Under the pieces are notes generated by a model that was not told the DNA's origin, did not search any database, and saw only the letters and a list, made by a program, of their open reading frames with translations. DNA of 60,470 nt, the filler included. It is 5 parts of 5 records of this genome, joined end to end, with 100 filler letters (N's around TTAATTAATTAA, not from the genome) between each part and the next. Parts side by side here need not be neighbours in the genome. Positions count along the whole stretch, not along the records: positions 44,077 to 52,886 come from DRR723986_6263; positions 52,987 to 60,470 come from DRR723986_6264; 3 more parts are not named here. One strand, written 5' to 3'. A program made the translations under genes and the position numbers. Below, piece after piece: positions 52,005 to 60,470 of the stretch. The first letter of the stretch is position 1; each line of letters opens with the position of its first letter.

Positions 52005-52886
52005 ATGACCGTCGCGGCGGCCTTCGCCGCCTACGAGGCCGTGCGCCACCGCCTGCCCGCCGCGCAGACCGCGCGCCCCGCGCCGCTGCGCGTCGACACG
52101 CTGGCCCGGGTCGCCGACCGTTACGACGCCTTCCTGCTGGATGCCTTCGGGGTGCTGAACATCGGCGAGACCGCGATCGAGGGCGTGGCGGGCCGCATCG
52201 CCGACCTGCGGGCCATGGGCAAGCAGGTGCTGATCGTCTCGAATGCGGCGGGCTTCCCCCATGCCGCGCTGATGGAGAAATACGCCCGCCTCGGCTATGA
52301 CTTCGCGCCCGAGGACGTGGTGACCAGCCGCCGTGCCCTGCTGGCGGGGCTGGAGACCGGGCCAGAGGCGGGCACCGCGATGCGCTGGGGGCTGATGGCG
52401 ACCCCCGCCGCCGGGCTGGGCGATCTGGAACACCTCGACCTTCTGTACCTGACCGAAGACCCCGAACCCTATGCGCAGGTCGACGGCTTCCTCATGGTCG
52501 GCAGCGCTGCATGGACCGAGGGGCGGCAGGCCCTGCTGGAACAAGCGCTTCGCGACCGCCCGCGCCCGGTGCTCGTCGGCAATCCCGACATCGTCGCCCC
52601 GCGCGAGACGGGCTTTTCCACCGAGCCGGGGCATTTCGCGCACCGCCTCGCCGACCGCACCGGCATCGCGCCGCACTTCTTCGGCAAGCCCTTTTCCGGG
52701 ATCTTCGACCTTGCCTTCGCGCGGCTCGACCCGCTTCCGCCGCGCGCGCGGATCCTGATGGTCGGAGACAGCCTGCACACCGACATCCTCGGCGCGCAGG
52801 CGGCGGGGGTCCACGCGGCGCTGGTCTCGGGCTACGGCTTCTTCGCGGGCACCGACGTCGAAGAGGCCATCGCGCGGTCCGGCATC
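52005..52886 (+). CDS. HAD-IIA family hydrolase, 3'-truncated
   Basis: Motifs LLDAFGVL, VSNAA, GNPD, FGKP and MVGDSLHTDILG. Confidence 0.88.
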
Positions 52887-52986
52887 NNNNNNNNNNNNNN
52901 NNNNNNNNNNNNNNNNNNNNNNNNNNNNNNTTAATTAATTAANNNNNNNNNNNNNNNNNNNNNNNNNNNNNNNNNNNNNNNNNNNN
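52887..52986. other. Artificial contig spacer
   Basis: N44-TTAATTAATTAA-N44. Confidence 0.99.
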
Positions 52987-53229
52987 GGTGGCGCCAAAGA
53001 ACAGGGCGTATCGGCTTGAAACATCCACAGGCGCCAGCCAAACGCTGAGGCCCAGAGTGGCGAAAATCGCCAAGCCGCCCAGCCGTGGCGTGCGCCGCGT
53101 GTGCATGGCTTGCACCGCGCCCAAATCATCGGCACGCCGCGATAGCGCAGGCAGTTTGGCACTGGCCGCGCGTATCGTCAGCGACAAAAACAGCGCAAGG
53201 CCTGCCAGCACCAATTCGTGCCATTCCAA
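52987..53229 (-). CDS. MraY/WecA-family polyprenyl-phosphate sugar-1-phosphate transferase, 3'-truncated
   Basis: TM followed by AVQAMHTRRTPRLGGLAIF (the H-x3-TPRxGG signature). Confidence 0.75.
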
Positions 53230-53761
53230 GAAGAGATGTGCTTGATGTAACAGGAAAAGCCCCGGTGTTTTGCCGCGAGATTATGTCTCTTAATTAGACA
53301 TAAAATGTAGCTTCGGCCAGAGCAAAAAGGCCATTTTCTGAAATCTATTTGGATCACTTCGAATCGCGGCATTTGCTTTGGTGGGGTGCTGCGCTTTTTC
53401 CCACCTCTGGCGCGCTGTCTCACGCGCGCTGCGCTTATACCAAAGGTTTATGGGGTGGCTTTTGCCCGGCCATTGCTGTTTTGGTGCCGCGCCATGCGTG
53501 GGGCCGTTTCACTGGGGCTGCGTTTGTGGCGGTAGGTGGCGGGCCTGCGCACTTGCTGCCGCCTGCGCGCTTTTTTCATTGGCTTTGTGTCGGGTGGCTT
53601 GCCCGACTTTGGTCGGTGGTGGCGGGCTGCCGTGGGGCATAAACCAAGGTTTAGCGCTGCCTGATTTGCGCGTTCATCCGGGCGTTTATTGAGCGCGCCA
53701 GCCCCGCGGTTATCCTGCAAGCCATCGAACAGGCTTCTCTGGATAGACGAAAGGAATATAG

Positions 53762-54115
53762 ATGCTACGGCGTAAAATGTTACAATTGATGTTGATCTCG
53801 GGCTCGGGCGTTATCGCGGGCCTGCCAACAATCGCCTCGGCCAGCGGTTCTGGCGGTGGTTCTGGTGGCGGCGCAGGTGGTAGCGGTGCATCTGGTGCCA
53901 GCGGCCCGTCTGGCCCCAGCGGCCCATCGGGCCCCAGCAGCGCCTCTGGCCCCAGCGGCCCATCGGGGCCAGAAGGCTCGATCAGCGGCAGCAGCTCGGG
54001 CGATCTATCGGCCCAACAGGGGTTGGTGAATGACATTCAGGGCCAGTTGTCGGATGATGGTCTGCAGGCGGTATCCCCAAATAACATCGGCAATGTTCTG
54101 ACCGGTTTTGAATAA
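53762..54115 (+). CDS. Small twin-arginine-signal, Ser/Gly/Pro-repeat protein
   Basis: AAAGGA RBS; LRRKML followed by an h-region and ASA cleavage site; (GAS)2(GPS)4SAS(GPS)2GPE; acidic tail ending LTGFE. Confidence 0.75.
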   Translation: MLRRKMLQLMLISGSGVIAGLPTIASASGSGGGSGGGAGGSGASGASGPSGPSGPSGPSSASGPSGPSGPEGSISGSSSGDLSAQQGLVNDIQGQLSDDGLQAVSPNNIGNVLTGFE

Positions 54116-54127
54116 AGGTAAGTAAAA

Positions 54128-54421
54128 ATGAAAACGCCCGTTCTTGTTCTTGCAACCGCCCTGCTTTCGGGCTGTGTGATGGGGCTGCCCGGCATCAGCA
54201 GCGGCCCCGAATACACCCGCCAAAACGCGCCGCGCTTATTTGTTGCGCTGGATCGGCGGCCTGATGGCACCAAGGGCGTGGTAAGAGGAACGGGCGTTTC
54301 CTACGAGATCATCTCGACCCACGCCAATGCGACACGGCTGTGCCGGCTGGTCTCGTTCCAAGAACCAAACCGCTTTCGCATAGAAAGCTATTGCAAACGC
54401 AAAGGCGGCGAGTGGCGCTAG
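54128..54421 (+). CDS. Small lipoprotein with a C-terminal two-Cys domain
   Basis: Lipobox LLSGC; LCRLVSF...SYCKRKGGEWR resembles the RT0821/Lpp0805 (17-kDa antigen-like) C-terminal CR...C...W pattern. AAAGGT RBS. Confidence 0.7.
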   Translation: MKTPVLVLATALLSGCVMGLPGISSGPEYTRQNAPRLFVALDRRPDGTKGVVRGTGVSYEIISTHANATRLCRLVSFQEPNRFRIESYCKRKGGEWR

Positions 54422-54423
54422 CC

Positions 54424-55176
54424 ATGGCGCAGGACGCATTTTCCCCGTTGCCATGGGCGGTGCAGGGGGCGGGCTACAGCCTGCGCCTGCACTGCCCGCA
54501 GTTTTTTGCCAATCTCATGGCGCAAACCCTGGTGGGCTGGTCCATTGCGCCCGCCCAGCCCGGCGATGGTTATGATATCACGCTGTCTTATGACGGCGCG
54601 CGTTACACGATCGATAGCATCATGCTGGATGCGCCCCGCGACTATGGCGATATGATCGATGCGCTGAACGAGGTGTTTTTATGCCTGTCCTACCATGTGG
54701 CAGCGAACACGCCAGACGCGGTGTTGATCCATTGCGCGGCCTTTGAGCAGAACCGCACCAGCAGCCTGATCATTGGCCGCAAAGGGGCCGGGAAATCATC
54801 GCTGATGTTTGAAAAGGCGGCAGCGGGCGCGCGCATCTTTGCCGATGACCTGCTGCTTTATTTCCCCACCCAGGCGCGCTGTATGGCCTTGGGCCTGCCC
54901 CTGCGCCTGCGCCGCCCGGTGCCTGCGCCCCTGCGCGACATTTTGAATGTTGATGGGTTTTTCGCGGGCGCCCGGCTGGCCTATTCCAAGCAGGGCACCT
55001 ACGATGTGGCCCCAATGGGCGATACGTTCTTTCTAGATCAGATCGTGGCCTTGCATGGTGTGGGCGATCAGCGCATCGTGCCCCTGCGCCAAAGTGCTGC
55101 GGCTTTGGCCGAATACCGCATTGGCGCGCATTACGCGACGGTCAAGAAACCACTGTTGCAAGGGGCCGATGCATGA
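54424..55176 (+). CDS. HPr kinase-related P-loop protein (HprK-like Ser/Thr kinase)
   Basis: LIHCAA (HxA motif), Walker A GRKGAGKSS, IFADD and LPLRLR. No signal peptide. Confidence 0.75.
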   Translation: MAQDAFSPLPWAVQGAGYSLRLHCPQFFANLMAQTLVGWSIAPAQPGDGYDITLSYDGARYTIDSIMLDAPRDYGDMIDALNEVFLCLSYHVAANTPDAVLIHCAAFEQNRTSSLIIGRKGAGKSSLMFEKAAAGARIFADDLLLYFPTQARCMALGLPLRLRRPVPAPLRDILNVDGFFAGARLAYSKQGTYDVAPMGDTFFLDQIVALHGVGDQRIVPLRQSAAALAEYRIGAHYATVKKPLLQGADA

Positions 55177-55748
55177 GCCGCGTGTTGCGCAGCCTGCGCC
55201 TTGTGCATTCTTGGCTGGGTGTGCTGGTGCTGCCGTGGATCGTGTTATTTGGCCTGACGGGCTTTTATCTAAACCACGAACGCGCGGTGCTGGCGCTGCT
55301 GCCCGATGGCGCCTATGACGAAAGCCCGCTGCGCGATCTGCGCCGCGAATTGCCGGTGTCGCAAGACGAGGCGCTGCTGATCGCCCAGCAATATTGGGCT
55401 GATCAGCCTGTTTTGGCGCTCGAGCAGGTAACCTACCACGATTTTCTGTCGTGGCGGGTGAAAAAGCAGCCGGGATATGTGCTGGTGGCCATCGAGACTG
55501 GCCATTACTACGTGAAATCAAACTACATGCGCAGCACCTACGCCCCCGATGGCACGCGGCTGAACGTGAAAATTTACTGGCCCTATATTTTCGGCGTCTT
55601 TCACCGCACCGGCTGGAGAGACTGGAGCTTGAGCACGATTTTTGCCGATATTATTGCGCTCTCGCTTGTGGGGTTTGGGCTGACGGGGCTGTTTCTTTGG
55701 TATCTGCCAAAACACAAGCGCATTCGACGGCGGATCTTGCGGCGTTAG
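55173..55748 (+). CDS. PepSY-associated TM helix protein
   Basis: RLVHSWLG...LTGFYLNH, PepSY-like VSQDEALLIA, FHRTG and LTGLFLW. ATGA overlap with the kinase stop. Confidence 0.8.
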   Translation: MSRVLRSLRLVHSWLGVLVLPWIVLFGLTGFYLNHERAVLALLPDGAYDESPLRDLRRELPVSQDEALLIAQQYWADQPVLALEQVTYHDFLSWRVKKQPGYVLVAIETGHYYVKSNYMRSTYAPDGTRLNVKIYWPYIFGVFHRTGWRDWSLSTIFADIIALSLVGFGLTGLFLWYLPKHKRIRRRILRR

Positions 55749-56677
55749 GCGCTGCGCGGCCGGTAGAGGCGGGCCATCAATAGCGGTGTCAGATACATGG
55801 GCAATTGATAGCAGCCGATAAACCCCATGATGGGCGCGGTGGTGTCTGGCGGTAGCGAGACTAAAAACAGCGCGATATTACGGTTGCCGGTGATCAGGGC
55901 TATTGGCACGGCCTGGGCATGGGGCACCCGCCCGCGCAGCAGATACCATGCCACGATCTGCCCGCCCATATTGGCGCCAAAGGCCACCACCAACCAAAAG
56001 GCCAGGGTGGCCGGGGCGTGCAATGCCAGGGCGGAAACCTGGGGCATGAGCCCAATCACAAACACCGCCAAAGCCAGCGCCGATACCCCCTCTAGGCGGT
56101 GATGCGCCCGGGGGCTGGCATGGCGCAGGGCCACGCGCTGCACGGCCATGGCGGCCAGCGCGCTGAGGCCAATCAGCACCACCAGCCGCATCGCCGCCTG
56201 GCCTATGGCGGCAGTGCCCTGCACCGCCGGCATTACGGCAAACACGGGCAACACGGTGAAAGGCAACAGCGCCGTGCCCACCACCATCAGCCGCAGGGCA
56301 TAATCGGGTGGGGCGCCCAGCATCATCGCGATATTCGGGCTGCCCATGATCGAGGGGGCCGCGCACATCAAGACCAGCGCCAAACTGGCCGGATGCGCCC
56401 CCACCCCCAGCGCCTGGGCGCCCGCCCAAACGCCCAAAGGTAGGGCCAGCTGCAGCGCTATTGCGATGGCGGCGGTTTGGGGCAGGGTGCGCAGCGCTGC
56501 GCCCAAAGCCCCCGGTTTCAGGCGCAAAAGCGATAGAAACACCAAAACCGCCACAAGCGCGGGCAGATATGGCCGCAAAACATGGGCCAACCCGGGCAGC
56601 GCCAACCCCGCCACCAGCCCCGCCACCAGCACCCATTGCCCGTGGCGGGCCGCCAAAACCAGCGGATCGCGCAGCAC
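55745..56677 (-). CDS. Bile acid:sodium symporter-like membrane protein
   Basis: About 10 TM segments, AAPSIMGSP and GNRNIALF. Confidence 0.65.
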   Translation of the reverse strand: MLRDPLVLAARHGQWVLVAGLVAGLALPGLAHVLRPYLPALVAVLVFLSLLRLKPGALGAALRTLPQTAAIAIALQLALPLGVWAGAQALGVGAHPASLALVLMCAAPSIMGSPNIAMMLGAPPDYALRLMVVGTALLPFTVLPVFAVMPAVQGTAAIGQAAMRLVVLIGLSALAAMAVQRVALRHASPRAHHRLEGVSALALAVFVIGLMPQVSALALHAPATLAFWLVVAFGANMGGQIVAWYLLRGRVPHAQAVPIALITGNRNIALFLVSLPPDTTAPIMGFIGCYQLPMYLTPLLMARLYRPRSA

Positions 56678-56680
56678 GCC

Positions 56681-57994
56681 CTAGCCGCCGGGGCCTTGGC
56701 GGATATTGTCGGGCAGCCATGTGGCCAATTCTGGCCAAACCACCAAGATGGCCACCATCAGCAACATCAGCCCCACCATCGGAATGGCGGTTTTGGCGAT
56801 ATAGCCAATTTCATGGCGCGTCATGCCTTGCAGCACGAACAGGTTAAACCCAATGGGCGGTGTCACTTGGGCGGTTTCGATCACCACCACCAGGAAAATG
56901 CCAAACCAGATCACATCGATGCCTGCCTGGCGGATCATCGGCTCGACGATGGCCATTGTCAGCACCACCGAGGACAGCCCATCCATAAACATGCCCAAGA
57001 CCAGATAAAACAGCGTCAACACCGCAATCAGCGCCACAGGTGACAGGCCCCAGCTGTCGATCATCCCCGCCAGCGCGCGGGGCAGGCCGGTAAAGCCCAT
57101 CGACAGTGACAAAAACGCAGCGCCCATCAGGATAAAGGCAATCATGGCCGAGGTTTTGGTGGCCCCCATCAGGCTTTGGCGGAATGTCTCCCAGTTTAGC
57201 GAGCCTTGCACCCCCGACAGCGCCAGCGCACCCACCACGCCCACGGCGGCGGCTTCGGTTGCGGTGGCATAGCCCAGATACATCGACCCGATCACCACAA
57301 ATACCAGCCCAAAGAGCGGCAGCAAAAAGCGGCTTTCGGCCAGCATTTCGCGCATTGGCATGCGCGGCTCGGGCTCGGGGCGTTGATCGGGGCGCAGATA
57401 GTGCCATGCGATGATATACAGCATGAACAGCCCCGCCAGAACCAGGCCGGGAAACACGCCCGCCATGAACAGTTTTGTGATGCTTTCATTGATCGTCACG
57501 CCATAGACAATCAGCGTAAGCGATGGCGGTATCATCAGCCCCAGCGTGGCTGCACCCGCCAGGGTGCCGATGATCATAAATTCAGGGTAGCCGCGGCGCC
57601 GCAGTTCGGGGATCGACATTTTGCCAACCATGTTCAGCGTGGCCGCAGACGAGCCTGAGACAGCGGCGAAAATAGTGCAGCCGGCAATATTTGTGTGCAG
57701 CAGGCCGCCGGGTAAAAACCGCATCCAGGGCGCCAGCCCGCGGAACATATCTTCGGATAATCGCGTTCGATACAGAATTTCGCCCATCCAGATAAACAGC
57801 GGCAGCGCTGTCAGCGTCCAGCTAGAGGCGCCGGTCCAGATGGTGGTGATCATCGCATCGCCCGCCGGGCGCGAGGTGAACAGCTCCATCCCCACCCATG
57901 CCACGCCCATCAGCGCCAGCCCAATCCAGACCGAGCCGCCCAAAAGCGCAAACAGAACGAACAGAAAAATAACGGTTGCGTAAATCTCGCTCAT
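56681..57994 (-). CDS. dctM: TRAP transporter large permease
   Basis: Motifs ALPLFIWMG, AVSGSSAA, LGLMIPPS and QVTPPIGFNLF. Start at MSEIY. Confidence 0.93.
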   Translation of the reverse strand: MSEIYATVIFLFVLFALLGGSVWIGLALMGVAWVGMELFTSRPAGDAMITTIWTGASSWTLTALPLFIWMGEILYRTRLSEDMFRGLAPWMRFLPGGLLHTNIAGCTIFAAVSGSSAATLNMVGKMSIPELRRRGYPEFMIIGTLAGAATLGLMIPPSLTLIVYGVTINESITKLFMAGVFPGLVLAGLFMLYIIAWHYLRPDQRPEPEPRMPMREMLAESRFLLPLFGLVFVVIGSMYLGYATATEAAAVGVVGALALSGVQGSLNWETFRQSLMGATKTSAMIAFILMGAAFLSLSMGFTGLPRALAGMIDSWGLSPVALIAVLTLFYLVLGMFMDGLSSVVLTMAIVEPMIRQAGIDVIWFGIFLVVVIETAQVTPPIGFNLFVLQGMTRHEIGYIAKTAIPMVGLMLLMVAILVVWPELATWLPDNIRQGPGG

Positions 57995-58704
57995 TCCACC
58001 GCCTCCTGGTGAATTTGGCTGTGGCCCAAGCAAAGCAGGCGCAGCAGATAATCCCATATGGCCACAGCCAGCAGCACCGTGCCTACCGACATGGGCAGCT
58101 GCGGCAACCAAACGGGGGTGTAAACCCAGCCATCGCCGGTTTTTGCCCACATCTCGGCCCATTTGCCGGGGGAATTCGCAAACATGCCAAAAAACGTCAG
58201 CAGCCATTCAGGCACAAAATCTTGGCCCTGGGTGCGATCGTTCAGCATTTCTGACATGATATTCGTTTTGATCGCGTAGCGCGCAAAATAGGTGGCCGTA
58301 AGCGCGGCAATCAGCATGGCCAGCGCATCTAGCCAGAATTTGGTGTGCTGGTTCATGTTAAGAAAAATAGAGACGCGAATATGCGCGCCTTGGGTCAGCG
58401 TGTAGGCCAGCGCGAAAAACGATGTCGCGGCCATGGCATAGCCTGCGTATTCGGTCGATCCGGGAAAGGTAAGGCTGGCCCAGCGTGCCACCATTTGCCC
58501 GATGATCAGCGCCAAGATCAGCACCATGAAACAGGCCGCCACCACGCCAGAGGCTTTGTAGATGCCATCCAGCAGCCGCCAAATGGGGCGCAAAACCCGC
58601 GCCGCGCGTGGCCCTTGCCACAGGCAAATCAGCGCCAAAATCGTTGGAAATACAAACAGCCACACCCACAGGGGCAGCCCCAGAAACGGTTGCCAGTCTC
58701 GCAT
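57991..58704 (-). CDS. dctQ: TRAP transporter small permease
   Basis: EYAGY, GAHIRV and TPVWLPQ. Lies between dctP and dctM. Confidence 0.88.
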   Translation of the reverse strand: MRDWQPFLGLPLWVWLFVFPTILALICLWQGPRAARVLRPIWRLLDGIYKASGVVAACFMVLILALIIGQMVARWASLTFPGSTEYAGYAMAATSFFALAYTLTQGAHIRVSIFLNMNQHTKFWLDALAMLIAALTATYFARYAIKTNIMSEMLNDRTQGQDFVPEWLLTFFGMFANSPGKWAEMWAKTGDGWVYTPVWLPQLPMSVGTVLLAVAIWDYLLRLLCLGHSQIHQEAVE

Positions 58705-58768
58705 GAAACAATCCCTTCAACGGCATCACGGCCCAGGCTGTATATGCCCGGGCCGTTGCCTGTGGTGC

Positions 58769-59746
58769 TTATTTCGCGGCTGCGTAAGCGTCGAGAATGG
58801 CCTTCGCATCATCGCCGGCGGCGGCGATCCAGTCGTCTTTCATCTTGGCGCCGATACGCTCTAGCTCGGCCAGGAATTCGGGGCTGGCGTCTTCGACTTT
58901 CATGCCATTGGCCGAAAGCTGCTCGAAATACCAATCCGCCAGGCTGGCCGATTTCTGCGCGCAGGCGGCGCCGGTTTCATCGGCTGCTTTCTGAATGGCT
59001 GTGCGGGTATCGTCAGACAGCCCTTCCCAGATGCCCTTGTTGACCATCACATAGTTGCGGGGGTGCCAGGCGTTGACCTTGTAATAGTGGCTTAGGTGTT
59101 CCCATACCTTGCGGTCATAGCCGGTTGAGCCCGACGAGATAAACGCCTCGGCCACGCCCGTGGCCAGCGCTTGGCTTAGCTCGGCCGCTTCTACCTGCAC
59201 GGGGATCATGCCCAGCTCTTCGGCAAAGGTGGCGGTGGCGGTGTTATACGAGCGGAATTTCACCCCTTGGGTGTCTTTCGACGAGGCCACGGCCTTGTTG
59301 AAATAAAAGCCCTGGCCGGGCCATGGGCAGGTATAAAGTGTGACCAGGTTTTGATCGGCCAGCTGCGCGTTTACCTTGTCTTTGGCCGCTTGCCACAGCT
59401 TTTCGTTGGTCTCGTAGCTGGTGGCGATAAAGGGCACGTTATCCCAGCCCAGCAGCGGGGCTTCGTTGGCATGGGCCGACATGAACCGCTCGCCAATCGG
59501 GGCTTGGCCGGTTTGAATGGCGCGCTTGATCTCGCCGCCTTTGAACAGCGAGCCGCCGGGATGCACGGTGATATCGATGGCGCCGCCGGTGTAATCGCGC
59601 ACCTTATCGGCAAACACCACGCCCATTTCCGAATGGAAATTGGTGGCGGCATAGGCCATCGGCATATCCCATTTCTCGGCATGCGCAGCGGTGGCCATCA
59701 CCGCGCCCAGTGCGGTTGCGGTCAGGATATTGGCAATATTTTTCAT
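58769..59746 (-). CDS. dctP: TRAP transporter substrate-binding protein
   Basis: Signal peptide, HPGGSL, GVKFR and ELSQALATG. Confidence 0.92.
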   Translation of the reverse strand: MKNIANILTATALGAVMATAAHAEKWDMPMAYAATNFHSEMGVVFADKVRDYTGGAIDITVHPGGSLFKGGEIKRAIQTGQAPIGERFMSAHANEAPLLGWDNVPFIATSYETNEKLWQAAKDKVNAQLADQNLVTLYTCPWPGQGFYFNKAVASSKDTQGVKFRSYNTATATFAEELGMIPVQVEAAELSQALATGVAEAFISSGSTGYDRKVWEHLSHYYKVNAWHPRNYVMVNKGIWEGLSDDTRTAIQKAADETGAACAQKSASLADWYFEQLSANGMKVEDASPEFLAELERIGAKMKDDWIAAAGDDAKAILDAYAAAK

Positions 59747-59785
59747 CTGTCTTTCCCTGTTTTCGACTAAAGTTTGGTTAAGGTT

Positions 59786-60469
59786 TCAGGCCGTTCTGTC
59801 GCGGCCCCCAGCGAAGCGTGCAGGCGAATAGGCCCCCACGTCAACATTCAGTGTCTTTCCCGAGATCATTTGCGCCAGCATTCGCCCGGTTTTTGGCCCG
59901 CCTGTCATGCCCACGTGATGGTGGCCAAAGCCCAGCCAAGCGCCTGTTGCGCCTGGGACAGGGCCGATCAGCGGAATAGAATCGGCAGGGGCGGGGCGGT
60001 GGCCCAGCCATTCTACCTCGTGCGCCCATGTGATGCCGGGAATGGCCGCGCGGATGTTTTCGCGCAGCAAATCAAAGGGGCGCCGCGATGGCGCGGCCTG
60101 TAGCCCGCCAAATTCTACGATGCCCGCCAGGCGCAAACGCCCCTCCATCGGGGTGGCCACGAATTTGCCACTGGCCACCATGACGGGCGATTTGGGCATC
60201 ACCGATGGGTTCCACAGCTCGAGGTGATAGCCGCGCTCGCTTTCTAATGGCACGTCCAGCCCCAAGGCCTGCGCCAGCGGCCCCGACCAGGCGCCAAGCG
60301 CCAGCACTGCATCATCGCAGGCAATGGTTTCACCCCCCGCCCGCACGCCCGTGATACGGCCGTTTTCGCGCAGCAATCCGGTGACTTCGGCGCGCCGTAT
60401 CTGCGCCCCTTGTGACGCGGCATGGGCCGCCAGCGCCTTGACATAGGCGCCCGGGTCGCTGATGCGGCC
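59786..60469 (-). CDS. FAD-dependent oxidoreductase (DadA/DAO family), 5'-truncated at the window edge
   Basis: Motifs LALGAWS, SERGYH, WLGHRP, DSIPLIG and FGHHHVGMTGGP. The frame is open to the window end. Confidence 0.9.
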   Translation of the reverse strand, partial: GRISDPGAYVKALAAHAASQGAQIRRAEVTGLLRENGRITGVRAGGETIACDDAVLALGAWSGPLAQALGLDVPLESERGYHLELWNPSVMPKSPVMVASGKFVATPMEGRLRLAGIVEFGGLQAAPSRRPFDLLRENIRAAIPGITWAHEVEWLGHRPAPADSIPLIGPVPGATGAWLGFGHHHVGMTGGPKTGRMLAQMISGKTLNVDVGAYSPARFAGGRDRTA

Positions 60470-60470
60470 A

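Noticed and set aside
53710-54036. Antisense ORF with GPDGPL/PPPEP repeats
   Set aside because: It is the shadow of the GPS-repeat gene. The plus strand has the RBS, signal peptide and operon context.
56681-60469. TRAP transporter and DadA-like oxidase as part of the peptide/kinase system
   Set aside because: They are on the opposite strand, converge on the operon and form a common catabolic unit. Nothing links them beyond adjacency.

Overview
This window is not one genomic locus. It is five contigs joined by artificial 100-bp spacers (N44-TTAATTAATTAA-N44), so gene neighbourhoods only hold within a contig. Contig 1 (1-11554, Rhodobacteraceae-like) carries the conserved murA-DUF2948-hisD-UPF0262-LMW phosphatase-infA-maf-RNase E/G-yacG region. 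It is interrupted by accessory genes (GNATs, a cytochrome c with an FNR box, CapA, SnoaL/nitrilase, a P450) and ends in a probable taurine ABC binding protein. Contig 2 (11655-21678, Planctomycetes/Pirellulaceae-like) has a signal-peptide KatG with a divergent OxyR-like LysR, then a 5-heme cytochrome c paired with a probable outer-membrane beta-barrel. Contig 3 (21779-43976, Planctomycetes-like) has an S9 peptidase, DUF937, a methyltransferase, a degenerate CsrA-like protein, a response regulator, a cadherin/dockerin surface protein, a TrhO-RluA fusion, folE and low-complexity proteins. Contig 4 (44077-52886, high-GC Rhodobacteraceae-like) has gloA, a Slam/type XI secretion pair with GC mosaicism, thyA, and a PhnCDE-like ABC transporter with a HAD hydrolase. 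Contig 5 (52987-60470, Rhodobacteraceae-like) has a WecA/MraY-like gene, a four-gene operon, a symporter, a TRAP transporter and a DadA-like oxidase. The best candidate for an undescribed system is that four-gene operon (53762-55748): a twin-arginine-signal, Ser-rich (Gly-Pro-Ser)n peptide, a two-Cys lipoprotein, an HprK-like kinase and a PepSY-TM protein. Runners-up are the planctomycete cytochrome/porin pair and the mosaic Slam/cargo locus. All family and taxonomic calls come from motif recognition by eye; no database searches were run.
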